Source: an uncultured archaeon
GTDB taxonomy: Archaea; Thermoproteota; Nitrososphaeria_A; Caldarchaeales; Wolframiiraptoraceae
Reading direction: 5' to 3'
Assembly (NCBI GenBank): GCA_938083505.1
Contig: CALKCF010000007.1
Coordinates: forward strand, 96,001-160,000
DNA: 64,000 nucleotides
Shown: in pieces, positions 40,216 to 50,620 of the stretch
Layout of the letters: every line of letters starts with the position of its first letter
How positions within the stretch are numbered: the stretch's first letter is position 1
Notes under the pieces: generated by a model
Databases searched by the model: none
The model's input: only the letters and a program-made list of their open reading frames with translations
What the model was told of the DNA's origin: nothing
Program-made: the position numbers and the translations under genes

Positions 40216-40447
40216 ATATAAAGGACTAACAAAGTATGAGAAAACAAGGATAATCGGTGGAAGGGCACTTCAACTTTCGCTCGGTGCCTTCCCACTTGTT
40301 GAGACGAAGCCTGGTGATACCGTAATAGACATCGCCAAACGAGAACTTGAAGCGGGCGTCTTGCCGATCATAATCAGACGGAAAAGGCCTGACGGCTCTT
40401 ACGTTGATATTCATCTCCAAGAGCTTCTTGAAGAACAAACTGTTTAA
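40184..40447 (+). CDS. rpoK: RNA polymerase subunit K (Rpo6)
   Basis: [21 protein letters not shown]...[16 protein letters not shown]. Confidence 0.93.
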   Translation: MEKEKKDLSSEYKGLTKYEKTRIIGGRALQLSLGAFPLVETKPGDTVIDIAKRELEAGVLPIIIRRKRPDGSYVDIHLQELLEEQTV

Positions 40448-40571
40448 TTTTTTTATTTTTAAAATTATTAGTACATATTACTCGAATGTTTTTAACATCA
40501 ACCCTTATAAGAAAACAAATAGCTTCTCCCTATCATTATACGCATAACATCTAACGGGTGACGTCGAAAGT

Positions 40572-41669
40572 ATGTACAGGGCGGGAATAAGAGAGCTTGA
40601 AGCATCCTACAAAAAGCTCTCGTCTTGGTATTACAAAATCGCAAGGTCAAACACCTTGAGCATTACAAGGGCTTTTATAGATAATCATAGCCCATCTAAG
40701 TTTGTGCGGATTTTGGCCAGCCCTTTATGTTTTGATCTTTTAACAGTCGCTACTGGGTTGGATGAGCTAGATAGTGGATCTACCACGATCCTTGGTGCTA
40801 TACTAAAAGACGTACTCACTCCTGCTGATGGTGTAGTTATACTGGGTGGGAAGAATCTTGCTAGATTCGACGTTTCTAGCGAGCTCGATACTATCGCCGT
40901 CGAGCTTGGCCTTACGAGTGTAGATGTTGAATACCTGAAGTACTGTAGCCGAATGGTGGCAAAGGTGGATGAAGCAGCCATACAAGATGGTTTTCACTTA
41001 TACCATCACATGATGGCAGTATCTTATGATGGTTTTTGGGCCGTCATTCAACAGGGAATTAACCCAATAACTTGCAAGGCCAGAAGGTACCACTGGTTTT
41101 CCGGCAAACTCAAAAGCTTTGTGGAAGAGCCACATGAGGGCATAGTCAGCCAAGAAAAGTCGAAGCTTGTGCTAGATATGACCGCGAAAGAGAGCGAGGA
41201 AGCAAGGCGCGCATCAATCGAGCTCATAGTGTACGATTTCAAAAAATTAAAGCATGTATACAATGCCGCCCAAAAAAGGACGCAAACAAACCTTTCCTTA
41301 TGGTTTGATTCGCCCAAGGTCGAGACCTTCGTTGAATTACCGCTCAGGATAAACTGGAAGCTGCTCAAAAGCATCAGCTCAAATCCACCCTCAAACTATG
41401 AGGGTCTATTGGCAATAAGAGGTATAGGACCGGAAACCGTAAGGTTCCTCGCATTCGGATGCAGATGGTTGTACGGCATACTACCGAGCATGAACGACCC
41501 TGCCGTAATCTTGGACGAGTGCGCCACTTACGTTCCGAGCAAAGAAGAGGAGAAGATAGTTTTTGATATGATTTTAGCAATAGAATCATCTAACATTCTT
41601 GCCGATTTGAAAAATCGAATACTCCATAAAGTAAATGTATGGTTGATTCAAAGGGGACTCAATACCTAA
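40572..41669 (+). CDS. DUF763-family protein
   Basis: [30 protein letters not shown]...ARRYHW, HhH-like IRGIGP. Confidence 0.85.
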   Translation: MYRAGIRELEASYKKLSSWYYKIARSNTLSITRAFIDNHSPSKFVRILASPLCFDLLTVATGLDELDSGSTTILGAILKDVLTPADGVVILGGKNLARFDVSSELDTIAVELGLTSVDVEYLKYCSRMVAKVDEAAIQDGFHLYHHMMAVSYDGFWAVIQQGINPITCKARRYHWFSGKLKSFVEEPHEGIVSQEKSKLVLDMTAKESEEARRASIELIVYDFKKLKHVYNAAQKRTQTNLSLWFDSPKVETFVELPLRINWKLLKSISSNPPSNYEGLLAIRGIGPETVRFLAFGCRWLYGILPSMNDPAVILDECATYVPSKEEEKIVFDMILAIESSNILADLKNRILHKVNVWLIQRGLNT

Positions 41670-42750
41670 CCTTGCTTATGCCCCCTATGAATTCTTCGAC
41701 CATATTCCTCGCGACTTCGTCTGGGTAATGGACTGGTGGTGACTTCATGAAGTATGCTGACGGACCTATTAATACACCAGATATGCCCCTATCCATTGCT
41801 ATCTTTACGCAACGTATTGCGTCTATGGCAACACCGGCTGAGTTAGGCGAGTCCCATACCTCAAGCTTCAGCTCTATGTTAAGGGGCGCATTACCGAAAG
41901 CTTTTCCCTCTATTCTGATGTAGGCCCACTTCCTATCTAAAAGCCACGGGACGTAATCGCTAGGTCCGATATGAACATTCTGCTCGCCTATGTCGTAAGG
42001 TATGAGCGACGTGACGGCTTGTGTTTTGGAGATCTTCTTGGAAGTTAGCCTCTCCCTCTCAAGCATGTTTAAGAAATCTGTGTTCCCGCCTACATTCAGT
42101 TGCATTATCCTCTCGACCTTCACGCCCCTGTCAACGAGTAGCTTCACGAGAACTCTGTTTACAATAGTAGCGCCAACCTGAGATTTAATATCGTCACCAA
42201 TAATAGGTACGCCCCTCTTCTCGAATATCTTCTGCCAACGTGGTTCTCTAGCTATGAAAACCGGTATGCCGTTGACAAAACCACAGCCTGCCGCAAGCAC
42301 CTGTTCGACGTACCACTTGGTAGCGAACTCGCTTCCTACCGGTAGGAAGTTTATTACAACGTCGACCTTGTTGCTTTTCAGAACATCAGCAACGTCAACC
42401 GTAGGTGATGGGTGCTTTTCGATTATCTCAGATAGATACTTCCCTAAACCATCATGCGTCATGCCCCTCAGCACCTCAACACCAAGCCTCGGAACTTCTG
42501 TGAACTTTAGGGTATTATTCGGCGGCGTGAATATCGCCTCAGAGAGGTCCTTCCCTACTTTGTTCTTGTCTATATCAAAGGCCGCCGCAAACTCTATGTC
42601 GGAAACATGATAATTTCCAAGCCTTACGTGCATAAGACCGGGTACGAACTCATCATCGTCCGCGTTTTTATAGAACTCGACACCTTGTACAAGCGCTGAT
42701 GCGCAATTACCTACGCCAATTATGCCTACTCTAATCTTGCCCATACCCAC
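41659..42750 (-). CDS. ino1: myo-inositol-1-phosphate synthase
   Basis: [47 protein letters not shown]. Confidence 0.95.
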   Translation of the reverse strand: MGMGKIRVGIIGVGNCASALVQGVEFYKNADDDEFVPGLMHVRLGNYHVSDIEFAAAFDIDKNKVGKDLSEAIFTPPNNTLKFTEVPRLGVEVLRGMTHDGLGKYLSEIIEKHPSPTVDVADVLKSNKVDVVINFLPVGSEFATKWYVEQVLAAGCGFVNGIPVFIAREPRWQKIFEKRGVPIIGDDIKSQVGATIVNRVLVKLLVDRGVKVERIMQLNVGGNTDFLNMLERERLTSKKISKTQAVTSLIPYDIGEQNVHIGPSDYVPWLLDRKWAYIRIEGKAFGNAPLNIELKLEVWDSPNSAGVAIDAIRCVKIAMDRGISGVLIGPSAYFMKSPPVHYPDEVARNMVEEFIGGISKVRY

Positions 42751-42783
42751 TTCCTAGTATTTTAGGATCATAAACTACTATTA

Positions 42784-43116
42784 TTAATCTTTTCTCTCAC
42801 CAAAAAGTTGAAACTGGAGGTTATCTAGGAATTCTTTAGCTTTCTCGAGAAGCTCCTCGCCCTTACTCGTTATCCTGTAATACCTCCTAGGTGGTCCTGA
42901 TTCGCTCGGAACGGTTTTGGATACCGCTATGAGTCCCTCTTTTTGTAGCGTGTAAATCACAACGTAGCACGTAACCTTCCCTGGCTTAAACCCAAATCTC
43001 TTCTCTATCATCCTCTCGACCTCATAGCCGTAAAGAGGCCCTTCCTTCAGCAGGCTGAGTACGTAAAGCCAAAGGTTCTCCTTCGTCAGCTTTCGAACGA
43101 GACGCCGGAATGCCAT
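42784..43116 (-). CDS. PadR-family transcriptional regulator
   Basis: VLSLLKEGPLYGYEV...GPPRRYYRITSKG. Confidence 0.9.
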   Translation of the reverse strand: MAFRRLVRKLTKENLWLYVLSLLKEGPLYGYEVERMIEKRFGFKPGKVTCYVVIYTLQKEGLIAVSKTVPSESGPPRRYYRITSKGEELLEKAKEFLDNLQFQLFGERKD

Positions 43117-43210
43117 GGTTAAGCCGTATGATGTGATAACCCTTCAGATAAGAACGTTTTGTCGAACATGTTAATATCAAACCATCGTCTCGCTTAGTTA
43201 TGATGCAACT

Positions 43211-43993
43211 TTGTTAGATATCAGCAATTTGAAGGCTGTAATTCTAGACCTAGACGGTTGTGTGTACATAGGTGAAAGACCGGTTGAGGGCGCGGCTAAC
43301 ACAATCGAGGAGCTGAGACGTATGGGCTACCGTATACTCTTTCTGACCAATAATTCGACGCTATCAACAGCAGGTTACATTAACAAACTTAACAGGATGG
43401 GCATACGAATCAAAGATGAGGAAATACTAACCTCAGGTGTGGCAACCGCGAAGTACATCTACGAAGTTTATGGCCCTTCTAGGATACTCGCTGTGACGGA
43501 GAAAGGCTTTATCGAAGAGGCGAGACGAATGAATCATATCGTGGTGCCTTTTGAGAACTTTCAAGAAGCAGATATAGTCGTTGCTGGATTGGATCGTGAA
43601 TTCAATTACCAAAAGTTAAGGGCGGCTGCTAAAACGATAATGTCCGGTGCGAAGTTTATTGCTACGAACGAGGATAGAACGCTTCCGACGGAAACGGGTT
43701 TAGACCCCGGTGCGGGCTCAATCGTGGCAGCAATCAAAGTCGCAACTGGTGTCGAGCCAATAGTTATAGGAAAACCCTCCAAAATTATAGTAAACATGGC
43801 GCTCGAAATGCTAAACGTTAAGAACTATGAGGCGATACTTGTCGGCGATAAAATGGAAACAGACATCAAAGCAGCAGCATCCACAGGCATGCTTAGCGTC
43901 CTTATCTCAAACTTAGAGCCCGTTGGAGATCCAAGACCAGACTTTGTGATCAGCAGCATAACTTTATTACCAAGGCTCCTATCACGAAGATAG
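43211..43993 (+). CDS. HAD-IIA (NagD-like) phosphatase
   Basis: DLDGC, LTNNS, ATNED, GKPS, VGDKMETDI. Confidence 0.92.
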   Translation: MLDISNLKAVILDLDGCVYIGERPVEGAANTIEELRRMGYRILFLTNNSTLSTAGYINKLNRMGIRIKDEEILTSGVATAKYIYEVYGPSRILAVTEKGFIEEARRMNHIVVPFENFQEADIVVAGLDREFNYQKLRAAAKTIMSGAKFIATNEDRTLPTETGLDPGAGSIVAAIKVATGVEPIVIGKPSKIIVNMALEMLNVKNYEAILVGDKMETDIKAAASTGMLSVLISNLEPVGDPRPDFVISSITLLPRLLSRR

Positions 43994-44452
43994 GGTGCTG
44001 AAGATATACACGTTAGGACTTTCCTTTAAAGTTCGCAGGACAACCCTAGTCTCAGTTGATATCACGCCCTCCATTTTTCCTATCTCATCAAGTATTTTTG
44101 CAAGGGCCTCCCTGTCCTTTACTTTCAGCTTGAGCAAACAATAATAATCTCCAGTCACATCATGAACCTCCTGCACCTCGGGAAAAGAGACCAGTACCTC
44201 TAGTACCTTGTCATATAAGTGCGGTTGCGCCTTTACCGCAATAAAAGCTGTCATCGTTTTCCCCATCTTATTTTCGTCAATTATAGCTTGAAACTTTTTG
44301 ATGTAACCCTGCTTGATTAGCTTCTTTATTCTGCTGTAGACCGCAGCTTCGCTTATACCAAGCCTCCTAGCTATCTCGGAATAAGAAGCTCTACCGTTTT
44401 CTTGGAGTATGTTAAGAATCATTATGTCTTTTTCGTCCAATCCAGCTTTCAT
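43982..44452 (-). CDS. Lrp/AsnC-family regulator
   Basis: LDEKD..IL..LQENGRASYSEIA; VTGDY RAM domain. Confidence 0.93.
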   Translation of the reverse strand: MKAGLDEKDIMILNILQENGRASYSEIARRLGISEAAVYSRIKKLIKQGYIKKFQAIIDENKMGKTMTAFIAVKAQPHLYDKVLEVLVSFPEVQEVHDVTGDYYCLLKLKVKDREALAKILDEIGKMEGVISTETRVVLRTLKESPNVYIFSTLSS

Positions 44453-44521
44453 AATCGTCCATAATACGTGTTTTAGGAATATTAAGATTATGTTTATAAA
44501 TAGTCAACTGCGCCTAAAGAA

Positions 44522-45487
44522 TTGACGGTTATGCCAACTACGGTCGCTTTAGTTAAGGGTCCTGAGATTCTGAAGTACAGCTTTCCGGCATCGCACCCGA
44601 TGAATTATCGCAGAATTGAGAACTTCTACAAAAAGGTAGAAGCCTTATCCAAAGAAATGTTGGATGCATTGGTGATTGTTACGCCCAAAATGGCGACTAC
44701 AGAGGAGATAGCGCTATTTCATGACACCAATTATATAGAATTTGTGAAGAAAAAGTCCCTAGAGGGCAGGGGTTATCTAGACTCTGGTGATACACCAGCC
44801 TTTCCTGGAATCTTTGAAGCGGCCTGTTACGTAGTAGGCTCGACGCTTGAGCTCTGTAGAGTTATTCTTTCAGGAAGTATAAAGAGGGGGTTCAATCCTA
44901 TGGGCGGCCTCCACCACGCCAGGAGGTCATCGGCTTCGGGCTTTTGCGTCTTTAATGACCCCGCAGTGGCCATAACTTACTTACTTAACGTGGCAAACCT
45001 CGAGGTCGTAGCGTACGTAGACATAGACGCTCACCACGGAGACGGTGTTTGTTATGAGTTCTACGACGATAAAAGGGTTGTGTTTGCAGACATACACCAA
45101 GATGGTAGGACACTCTATCCTGGCACCGGTTTTAGGCATGAAAGGGGATTGGGCGAGGCTGAAGGCTTAAAGCTGAACATACCTTTGCCACCAGGCTCAG
45201 GCGACGAGGAGTTTGAGGCCGCTATGTATGAAGTAAAGGATTTCCTCATGGCACACGATTTCGATTTTATACTCTTCCAATGTGGGGCTGACGGTATAAT
45301 GGGAGACCCGATCACCGATTTGAACTATACAGCGGCTTCACATAGGCTCGCTGCGGAGATTCTATGCGATGTTGCAAACAAGAAATGTGGTGGTAGGATA
45401 CTCGCCATGGGTGGCGGCGGCTACAACCCAGAAAATACGGCAGAGGCTTGGACTAACGTCGTGAAAGTTTTCATCGAAAGGACTTAG
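44522..45487 (+). CDS. Histone-deacetylase/AcuC-family Zn deacetylase
   Basis: GGLHHA, SGFCVFND, DIDAHHGDG, GAD..GDP, GGGGY. Confidence 0.93.
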   Translation: MTVMPTTVALVKGPEILKYSFPASHPMNYRRIENFYKKVEALSKEMLDALVIVTPKMATTEEIALFHDTNYIEFVKKKSLEGRGYLDSGDTPAFPGIFEAACYVVGSTLELCRVILSGSIKRGFNPMGGLHHARRSSASGFCVFNDPAVAITYLLNVANLEVVAYVDIDAHHGDGVCYEFYDDKRVVFADIHQDGRTLYPGTGFRHERGLGEAEGLKLNIPLPPGSGDEEFEAAMYEVKDFLMAHDFDFILFQCGADGIMGDPITDLNYTAASHRLAAEILCDVANKKCGGRILAMGGGGYNPENTAEAWTNVVKVFIERT

Positions 45488-46122
45488 CACGACATGAATT
45501 TCATGACCTGCCTAGATATCAGCTTGGAGAGTCTTACGGGTTCTGGTAAGCGGCCATGTAGCGTGAACTTATCCAACAACCTCTTACCGACGTTCAGCTC
45601 AACACCTAAGCATCTGATGAACACTGTGTATCCGGTCCTGAGTCTTACTGCATGCCTTGCACCATTCCTCTCGTAAACTTCAACCCGGGCCTGCCAGTCA
45701 TTAGGAAAATTTTTTATGAAGTATTCTCTTATACCTTCGGACTCTTCGTAAGTAATGCATACCAATGGCAAACCAATTGTCTCATACACGACGTTAAGGT
45801 CTACTACATTGTACCAGCTTATCACACAACCGCTCAGAATTATGGCGTTTATGTCCGTCCTATCAAGCCTCCTATACAGCGAGATGATTGCCTCAGTTGC
45901 ATCCATGCCGCCCACACTGCATTTAGCTATCGCCAGACCATCCACTATGAAGTCGCTCCTCATTACAACCCCTGCCAATATCGAGTTTTTATTGAGCATC
46001 TTATCAAAACTCTCGGCTATTCCGAGGACACGGATTGCTGGCTTATCCAGCCTTAACTTCAGGTGGCTACCCCTCCTGCCAGTAGACCTCGCCGGGCTCC
46101 AGGACAGCACCATCCGGAACAT
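45484..46122 (-). CDS. DUF99-family (endonuclease V-like) protein
   Basis: RVLGIAESF, GVVMR, VGGMDAT, ISWYNVVD, PEPVRL; start uncertain. Confidence 0.82.
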   Translation of the reverse strand: MFRMVLSWSPARSTGRRGSHLKLRLDKPAIRVLGIAESFDKMLNKNSILAGVVMRSDFIVDGLAIAKCSVGGMDATEAIISLYRRLDRTDINAIILSGCVISWYNVVDLNVVYETIGLPLVCITYEESEGIREYFIKNFPNDWQARVEVYERNGARHAVRLRTGYTVFIRCLGVELNVGKRLLDKFTLHGRLPEPVRLSKLISRQVMKFMSC

Positions 46123-47239
46123 TGCTATACGGTGATATGACCGCGCCGAATTCCCTCTTGCTTGTATCTATCAGTCTGCCTGCAACCATAACCTTTACCG
46201 TCTCCTGGCCGACCGCCTTATACCGCGTAGTGCATCCGACACCGAGCGTAGCACCCTCGCCGACGACCGAGTAGAATATTACGGACCCCTCGCCAATTTT
46301 TACGTTCTCTAAGATGAGCGAATTACCTAACGTAGCACCATCCCCAACCGACGTACCCTCTAACACGACAGTGTATGGTAAGATCGAGGAACCTTTGCCC
46401 AATTTTACGTTCTCGCCCAAGAAGCATGGACCGAAGAGTCTAGCACCGTTTTCTGTTTCGACGTGTGTGCCCGGACGCAAGAGTTTTCCGCTCTTGGGCG
46501 AATAGTTATGTTTAGACGATAAGTAGTCTAGGAATGTGATGTTGGCGTCCAATAAATCCCATGCCCTTCCAATATCGAACCATAAATTTTTGTTCATCTT
46601 TAGCACACATATTTTATGTCCGTCCTTGACAAGTAGGTTCAGTACGTCTGTCAGCTCGTATTCGCCCCTCGCTGACGGTTTAATCCTAGAAAAATACTTG
46701 ACGGATTCTGATGGAAGTATGTATGCTCCAGCGTTCACGTAAGCCTCGTGGAAACCTTCTGCAGGCTTTTCCATTATGTGTTCCAGCATTCCATTTCTCT
46801 CTTCCAGAACACCAAAGTTGCTCGCATCTTTGACCCTAACGGCCAGTATGACACCATCGCAGGCACCTTCATTGAAAGAGGAAAGCATTTTCCCCACGAC
46901 ATCCTCTGTTATGGTTATGTCACCGTAGACGAGAAGGAAAGCATCCTCACCTTCGAGAAAATCCTTACATACATAAAGCGCATGGGCCGTGCCTAGTAAC
47001 TCTCTCTGCTGAATATACGTTATCTCCATCGAAAGCCTTTCTCGGTCGACCGCGCGCCTGATCAATTCATCCATGTAAGCGACAGTTATGCCAACGTCCC
47101 TTATTCTATTGCTGACTAGGGTCTCAAGCACCCTAATCAACACGGGTTTATCGACGAGCGGCAAAAGGTGCTTAGCCTTGAAACTCGTGAGGGGTTTTAG
47201 TCTTTTGCCTAGGCCTGCGGCGAAAACTACGGCCTTCAA
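46067..47239 (-). CDS. Sugar-phosphate nucleotidyltransferase with hexapeptide-repeat domain (GlmU/RmlA-like)
   Basis: AAGLGKRLKPLT, LGTAHA, YGD, EKP, SARGEYELTD, hexapeptide repeats. Confidence 0.88.
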   Translation of the reverse strand: MKAVVFAAGLGKRLKPLTSFKAKHLLPLVDKPVLIRVLETLVSNRIRDVGITVAYMDELIRRAVDRERLSMEITYIQQRELLGTAHALYVCKDFLEGEDAFLLVYGDITITEDVVGKMLSSFNEGACDGVILAVRVKDASNFGVLEERNGMLEHIMEKPAEGFHEAYVNAGAYILPSESVKYFSRIKPSARGEYELTDVLNLLVKDGHKICVLKMNKNLWFDIGRAWDLLDANITFLDYLSSKHNYSPKSGKLLRPGTHVETENGARLFGPCFLGENVKLGKGSSILPYTVVLEGTSVGDGATLGNSLILENVKIGEGSVIFYSVVGEGATLGVGCTTRYKAVGQETVKVMVAGRLIDTSKREFGAVISPYSNVPDGAVLEPGEVYWQEG

Positions 47240-47302
47240 CGATCTCTACCAAACCTACATCACTTTAAAAGATATTAAGCTTTAGTCTGAACTTTTGCTG
47301 GT

Positions 47303-48340
47303 ATGGGCATAACTTTCGTGGGCATTGGCCTAGGTCCAAGACGCCATATCACGGAGGCAGCAATTGAAAGCATCAAAGCAGCAGACATGGTGTTCCTCGA
47401 CACTTACACGGGAACGCTTCCTAATGAAACTGTAGAATTTCTTCGCACGATAAGCAGGCATTTAATACTAGCTGACCGCTACCTGCTGGAGGACGGTGTC
47501 GGTTTTGTGCTAACCGAGGCCACCAAGAAAGACGTGGTTATAGCGGTTCAAGGTGACCCGTTTATAGCCACAACACATATATCAATAATGCTTGAGGCGC
47601 ATAAGCGTGGAATTGCTTGTAAGGTGATTAGCGGCATATCTTCATATTCAGTAGCGGCAAGCCTGTCCGGCCTCCAAGCTTACAAATTTGGCAGGGCTGT
47701 TACGTTACCAATTGAAGGAAATATCGAGCATGTAAAATCTGTATACAAAAGCATCTCGGAGAACATGTCCAGAGGTTTGCACACGCTTGTCTTCCTCGAC
47801 ACTAAGGATGGTGGTTTGACGATACCTGTTGCCCTCGGCCGCTTAAGAGAGTTGGAGAGCACACTCAGAAAGGGCTTGGTAGCAGACGACAGACTTGTCA
47901 TAGCCCTTGCAAGGCTAGGATACGAGGACGGGCTCATAAGGGCTGGAAGGGTTGCAGAGTTGGTTACCGCGAGTTTCCCGGAACCTCCGCACATGCTGAT
48001 ATTCCCTGGAAAGTTGCATTTTTTAGAGCGTGAGGCGCTTATAAGACTTCTTGGCGCTCCTCGTGAATGTGTAGAGGCCTATGAGCCGGTAGGGTACGAG
48101 GTTGATAAGGTGAGGCGCTACATAGATGCCTGTGAGAGGGTTTTATCCAAGTTGGGCAGCTCGGCGAAGGAGACGAAGATCAATGAGGTACTGAGTATTG
48201 CCAAAAGCTACCTAGACGATTCGAAATTTTTCCTGAAGTCAGGGGACCTTTTTGATTCGTTAGCCGCGATCTCGTATTGCGAGGGGCTGCTTGATACTCT
48301 GAGGATTATGGGCTACGTTGAGTTTGATTGGAAGCCATAG
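47303..48340 (+). CDS. dph5: Diphthine synthase with C-terminal DUF357 domain
   Basis: GDPFIATTH, SGLQAYKFGRAVT, LHTLVFLD; C-terminal SYLDDSKFF..GD...SYCEGLLD. Confidence 0.9.
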   Translation: MGITFVGIGLGPRRHITEAAIESIKAADMVFLDTYTGTLPNETVEFLRTISRHLILADRYLLEDGVGFVLTEATKKDVVIAVQGDPFIATTHISIMLEAHKRGIACKVISGISSYSVAASLSGLQAYKFGRAVTLPIEGNIEHVKSVYKSISENMSRGLHTLVFLDTKDGGLTIPVALGRLRELESTLRKGLVADDRLVIALARLGYEDGLIRAGRVAELVTASFPEPPHMLIFPGKLHFLEREALIRLLGAPRECVEAYEPVGYEVDKVRRYIDACERVLSKLGSSAKETKINEVLSIAKSYLDDSKFFLKSGDLFDSLAAISYCEGLLDTLRIMGYVEFDWKP

Positions 48341-50106
48341 TTCTTCGCTCTTTTATAGTTTGTTGGCCTAAGTGCTCCGGCCAAAGCCTCTGATATGTGT
48401 TTTATGTTGGCCGCGCACGACCTATATAACTCTTCGTAGACCTTCAGGGCTTGCTCTAGGCACTCATTATATGTCTTAGCACCTCTGCTGAGCATCTCCA
48501 TGAAATCCTCTACGAATTTTCTCGTATCTGGTGTAACGAGTCTCTCGTCCACGCTGGACAAGGCCTCAATAAGCCTCATACCCAGTTCTGTCGGATAAAA
48601 ACTTCTGCCTCTCTTCACGACATAGCCCCTTTCCACCACTATCTTAGGATACTCAGCGCGTGTGGCATCGGTTCCTATGCCGTTCTTTTCCATGAGCTCC
48701 AATAGTGCAGACTCCGTGAGCCTTGGCGGAGGCCTGGTTTTCTCTTCCTTCAGCTCCGACTTAATGACCCCTAAGGTATCACCAGGTGACAGTTTAGGTA
48801 TGGGCGTGTCCTTTGGCATAAAGTACTCGAATATTGTGAAGAACCCTTTCCGGGCGATGACCGTGCCCGACGCCCTTACGATAGCATTTCCTACGCTTAT
48901 CTCCGCTGAGCTTCCCATCAGCCTGGCGTTGTCGAATAATACATTCGCGGCAAACCTCCTCGCTATGTATTCCCAGACAGTTCGCTTAAGCGAACTGTCT
49001 TTGGTGTAAGGCTTTATAGGATATATCGGAGGATGGGCACCATCGTCCTTTCTTCCGTTAAGCGGTTCAATTCGCATCTTGTCCAAGTCTCCAAGTAGCC
49101 TGGATAGGTCGGAGCGGGCCAAAGCCTCGATGGGCTCTCTGAAGTTAAAGTCGTGCCTAAACCTATTAGTCTCGGTCCTCGGGTACGAGCAGTAACCCTC
49201 GGCGTAAAGCTCCTCTGCTATGGAGAGCAACATGTCTGCTGAGATGCCCGTTATCTTCGTCAAATCTTTGAGGAGTGTGTCGGTATCAAGAGGCAATGGT
49301 CTTTGAATCGTCTTTTCCTCTTCGTCGTAGGATAGGACGCTCCCGTTCTTCTGCCCCTCAACGCTTTTCCAAATAACCTTGGCCTTTTCGGCATCTTTCA
49401 TATTTTCGCTCTTGGCCTCAAACTCCTCGCCGTCCCATGTCCTGAACCTTATCCGAATGTACCAGAACGGCTTCGCTATAAAGGAAATTATTTCCCTCTC
49501 CCGCTTAACGATGAAGCCCAGAGTAGGTGATTGGCAGGAGCCCCACGATATGAGTCTGACATTTTGGCGCTTTCTCGTCTCTTTTGTAAGCAGCCTCGTG
49601 AAGGCCGCACCCGTCACGAGGTCGAAGTGTTGTCTGAACATAGCCTTCATGACCCAGTTCATCCTTAAGGAGTCCTCGAGGCTGTTCCATGCCCTCCAAA
49701 GCTCGCTTGGATTCGTCGAGTTAAACCTCATCCGCTTATATGGTGCCTGGTTTCCCCTATTGGTCCTATAGATCGAAAGTATCTCGTAACCGATCAACTC
49801 ACCTTCTGGATCATTATCGGTCGCTATGATGAGCGTTTCGGTTTTTTTGAAAACCTTTTCAAGCTTTTTGTAAGACCTTTCGTCGGAGACGATGTTTCTA
49901 AATTCTCTGACTGAAAATAACTTGGATGGGTCTATGTTGTTCCATTCATAACCTTCAGGAAAGTCCGCATTCAGCACATGCCCTCTAACAGAAGTGATGT
50001 AAGCGTTTACGCCTTTATCCTTCAGAGCCCTCGCTATGCTTCTTGCAACGCTAGGTTTTTCCGCCACTATTATGTATGAATACCCCTCGTCTTCACCCAC
50101 ATGCAT
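48313..50106 (-). CDS. topA: Type IA DNA topoisomerase (compact, TopoIII-like)
   Basis: AEKPSVA, ATDNDPEGE, catalytic SYPRTET, AHPPIYP, GIGTDATR. Confidence 0.92.
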   Translation of the reverse strand: MHVGEDEGYSYIIVAEKPSVARSIARALKDKGVNAYITSVRGHVLNADFPEGYEWNNIDPSKLFSVREFRNIVSDERSYKKLEKVFKKTETLIIATDNDPEGELIGYEILSIYRTNRGNQAPYKRMRFNSTNPSELWRAWNSLEDSLRMNWVMKAMFRQHFDLVTGAAFTRLLTKETRKRQNVRLISWGSCQSPTLGFIVKREREIISFIAKPFWYIRIRFRTWDGEEFEAKSENMKDAEKAKVIWKSVEGQKNGSVLSYDEEEKTIQRPLPLDTDTLLKDLTKITGISADMLLSIAEELYAEGYCSYPRTETNRFRHDFNFREPIEALARSDLSRLLGDLDKMRIEPLNGRKDDGAHPPIYPIKPYTKDSSLKRTVWEYIARRFAANVLFDNARLMGSSAEISVGNAIVRASGTVIARKGFFTIFEYFMPKDTPIPKLSPGDTLGVIKSELKEEKTRPPPRLTESALLELMEKNGIGTDATRAEYPKIVVERGYVVKRGRSFYPTELGMRLIEALSSVDERLVTPDTRKFVEDFMEMLSRGAKTYNECLEQALKVYEELYRSCAANIKHISEALAGALRPTNYKRAKNYGFQSNST

Positions 50107-50206
50107 CCAGCCTTATTGGAATGAATGCATGGAACTTTACTTTATTACGTTTATGCATATTAGGGTTTAAACAAGAAATAAATAACCGTAAATTTGCAAT
50201 AACTTC

Positions 50207-50572
50207 ATGAATGGAAGAAACGAGTCGTGCTATAATTGGGTGCACATCCCAGAGGATAGACTAAAATCTAACATAAGTAGGAAGGCAATACACGGGGAAA
50301 ATATTACAATCGGCATGTTCTTCCTCAAGAAGGGGGCAAAAGTCGAATCGCACAAGCACGTTAACGAGCAGATGAGCTGTGTCCTGTCTGGAGCCGTAAA
50401 GTTCATCATGGTTGATGGAAAGGAGTACGTGGTATCACAAGGTATGGTAATGCATATTCCACCCAATGTTGAGCATGCGGCCATAGCATTAGAAGACTCT
50501 GTTGTTATGGACGTCTTCAGTCCTCCAAGAGAAGATTGGAAAAAAGGTGCTGATCAGTATCTAAGAAAATAA
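50207..50572 (+). CDS. Cupin-domain protein
   Basis: HKHVNEQ...SG, IPPNVEH, DVFSPPRED. Confidence 0.88.
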   Translation: MNGRNESCYNWVHIPEDRLKSNISRKAIHGENITIGMFFLKKGAKVESHKHVNEQMSCVLSGAVKFIMVDGKEYVVSQGMVMHIPPNVEHAAIALEDSVVMDVFSPPREDWKKGADQYLRK

Positions 50573-50620
50573 ATAGAACGTTTAAAAATGACACCTATTC
50601 TTTCTACAAGATAATAGGCG

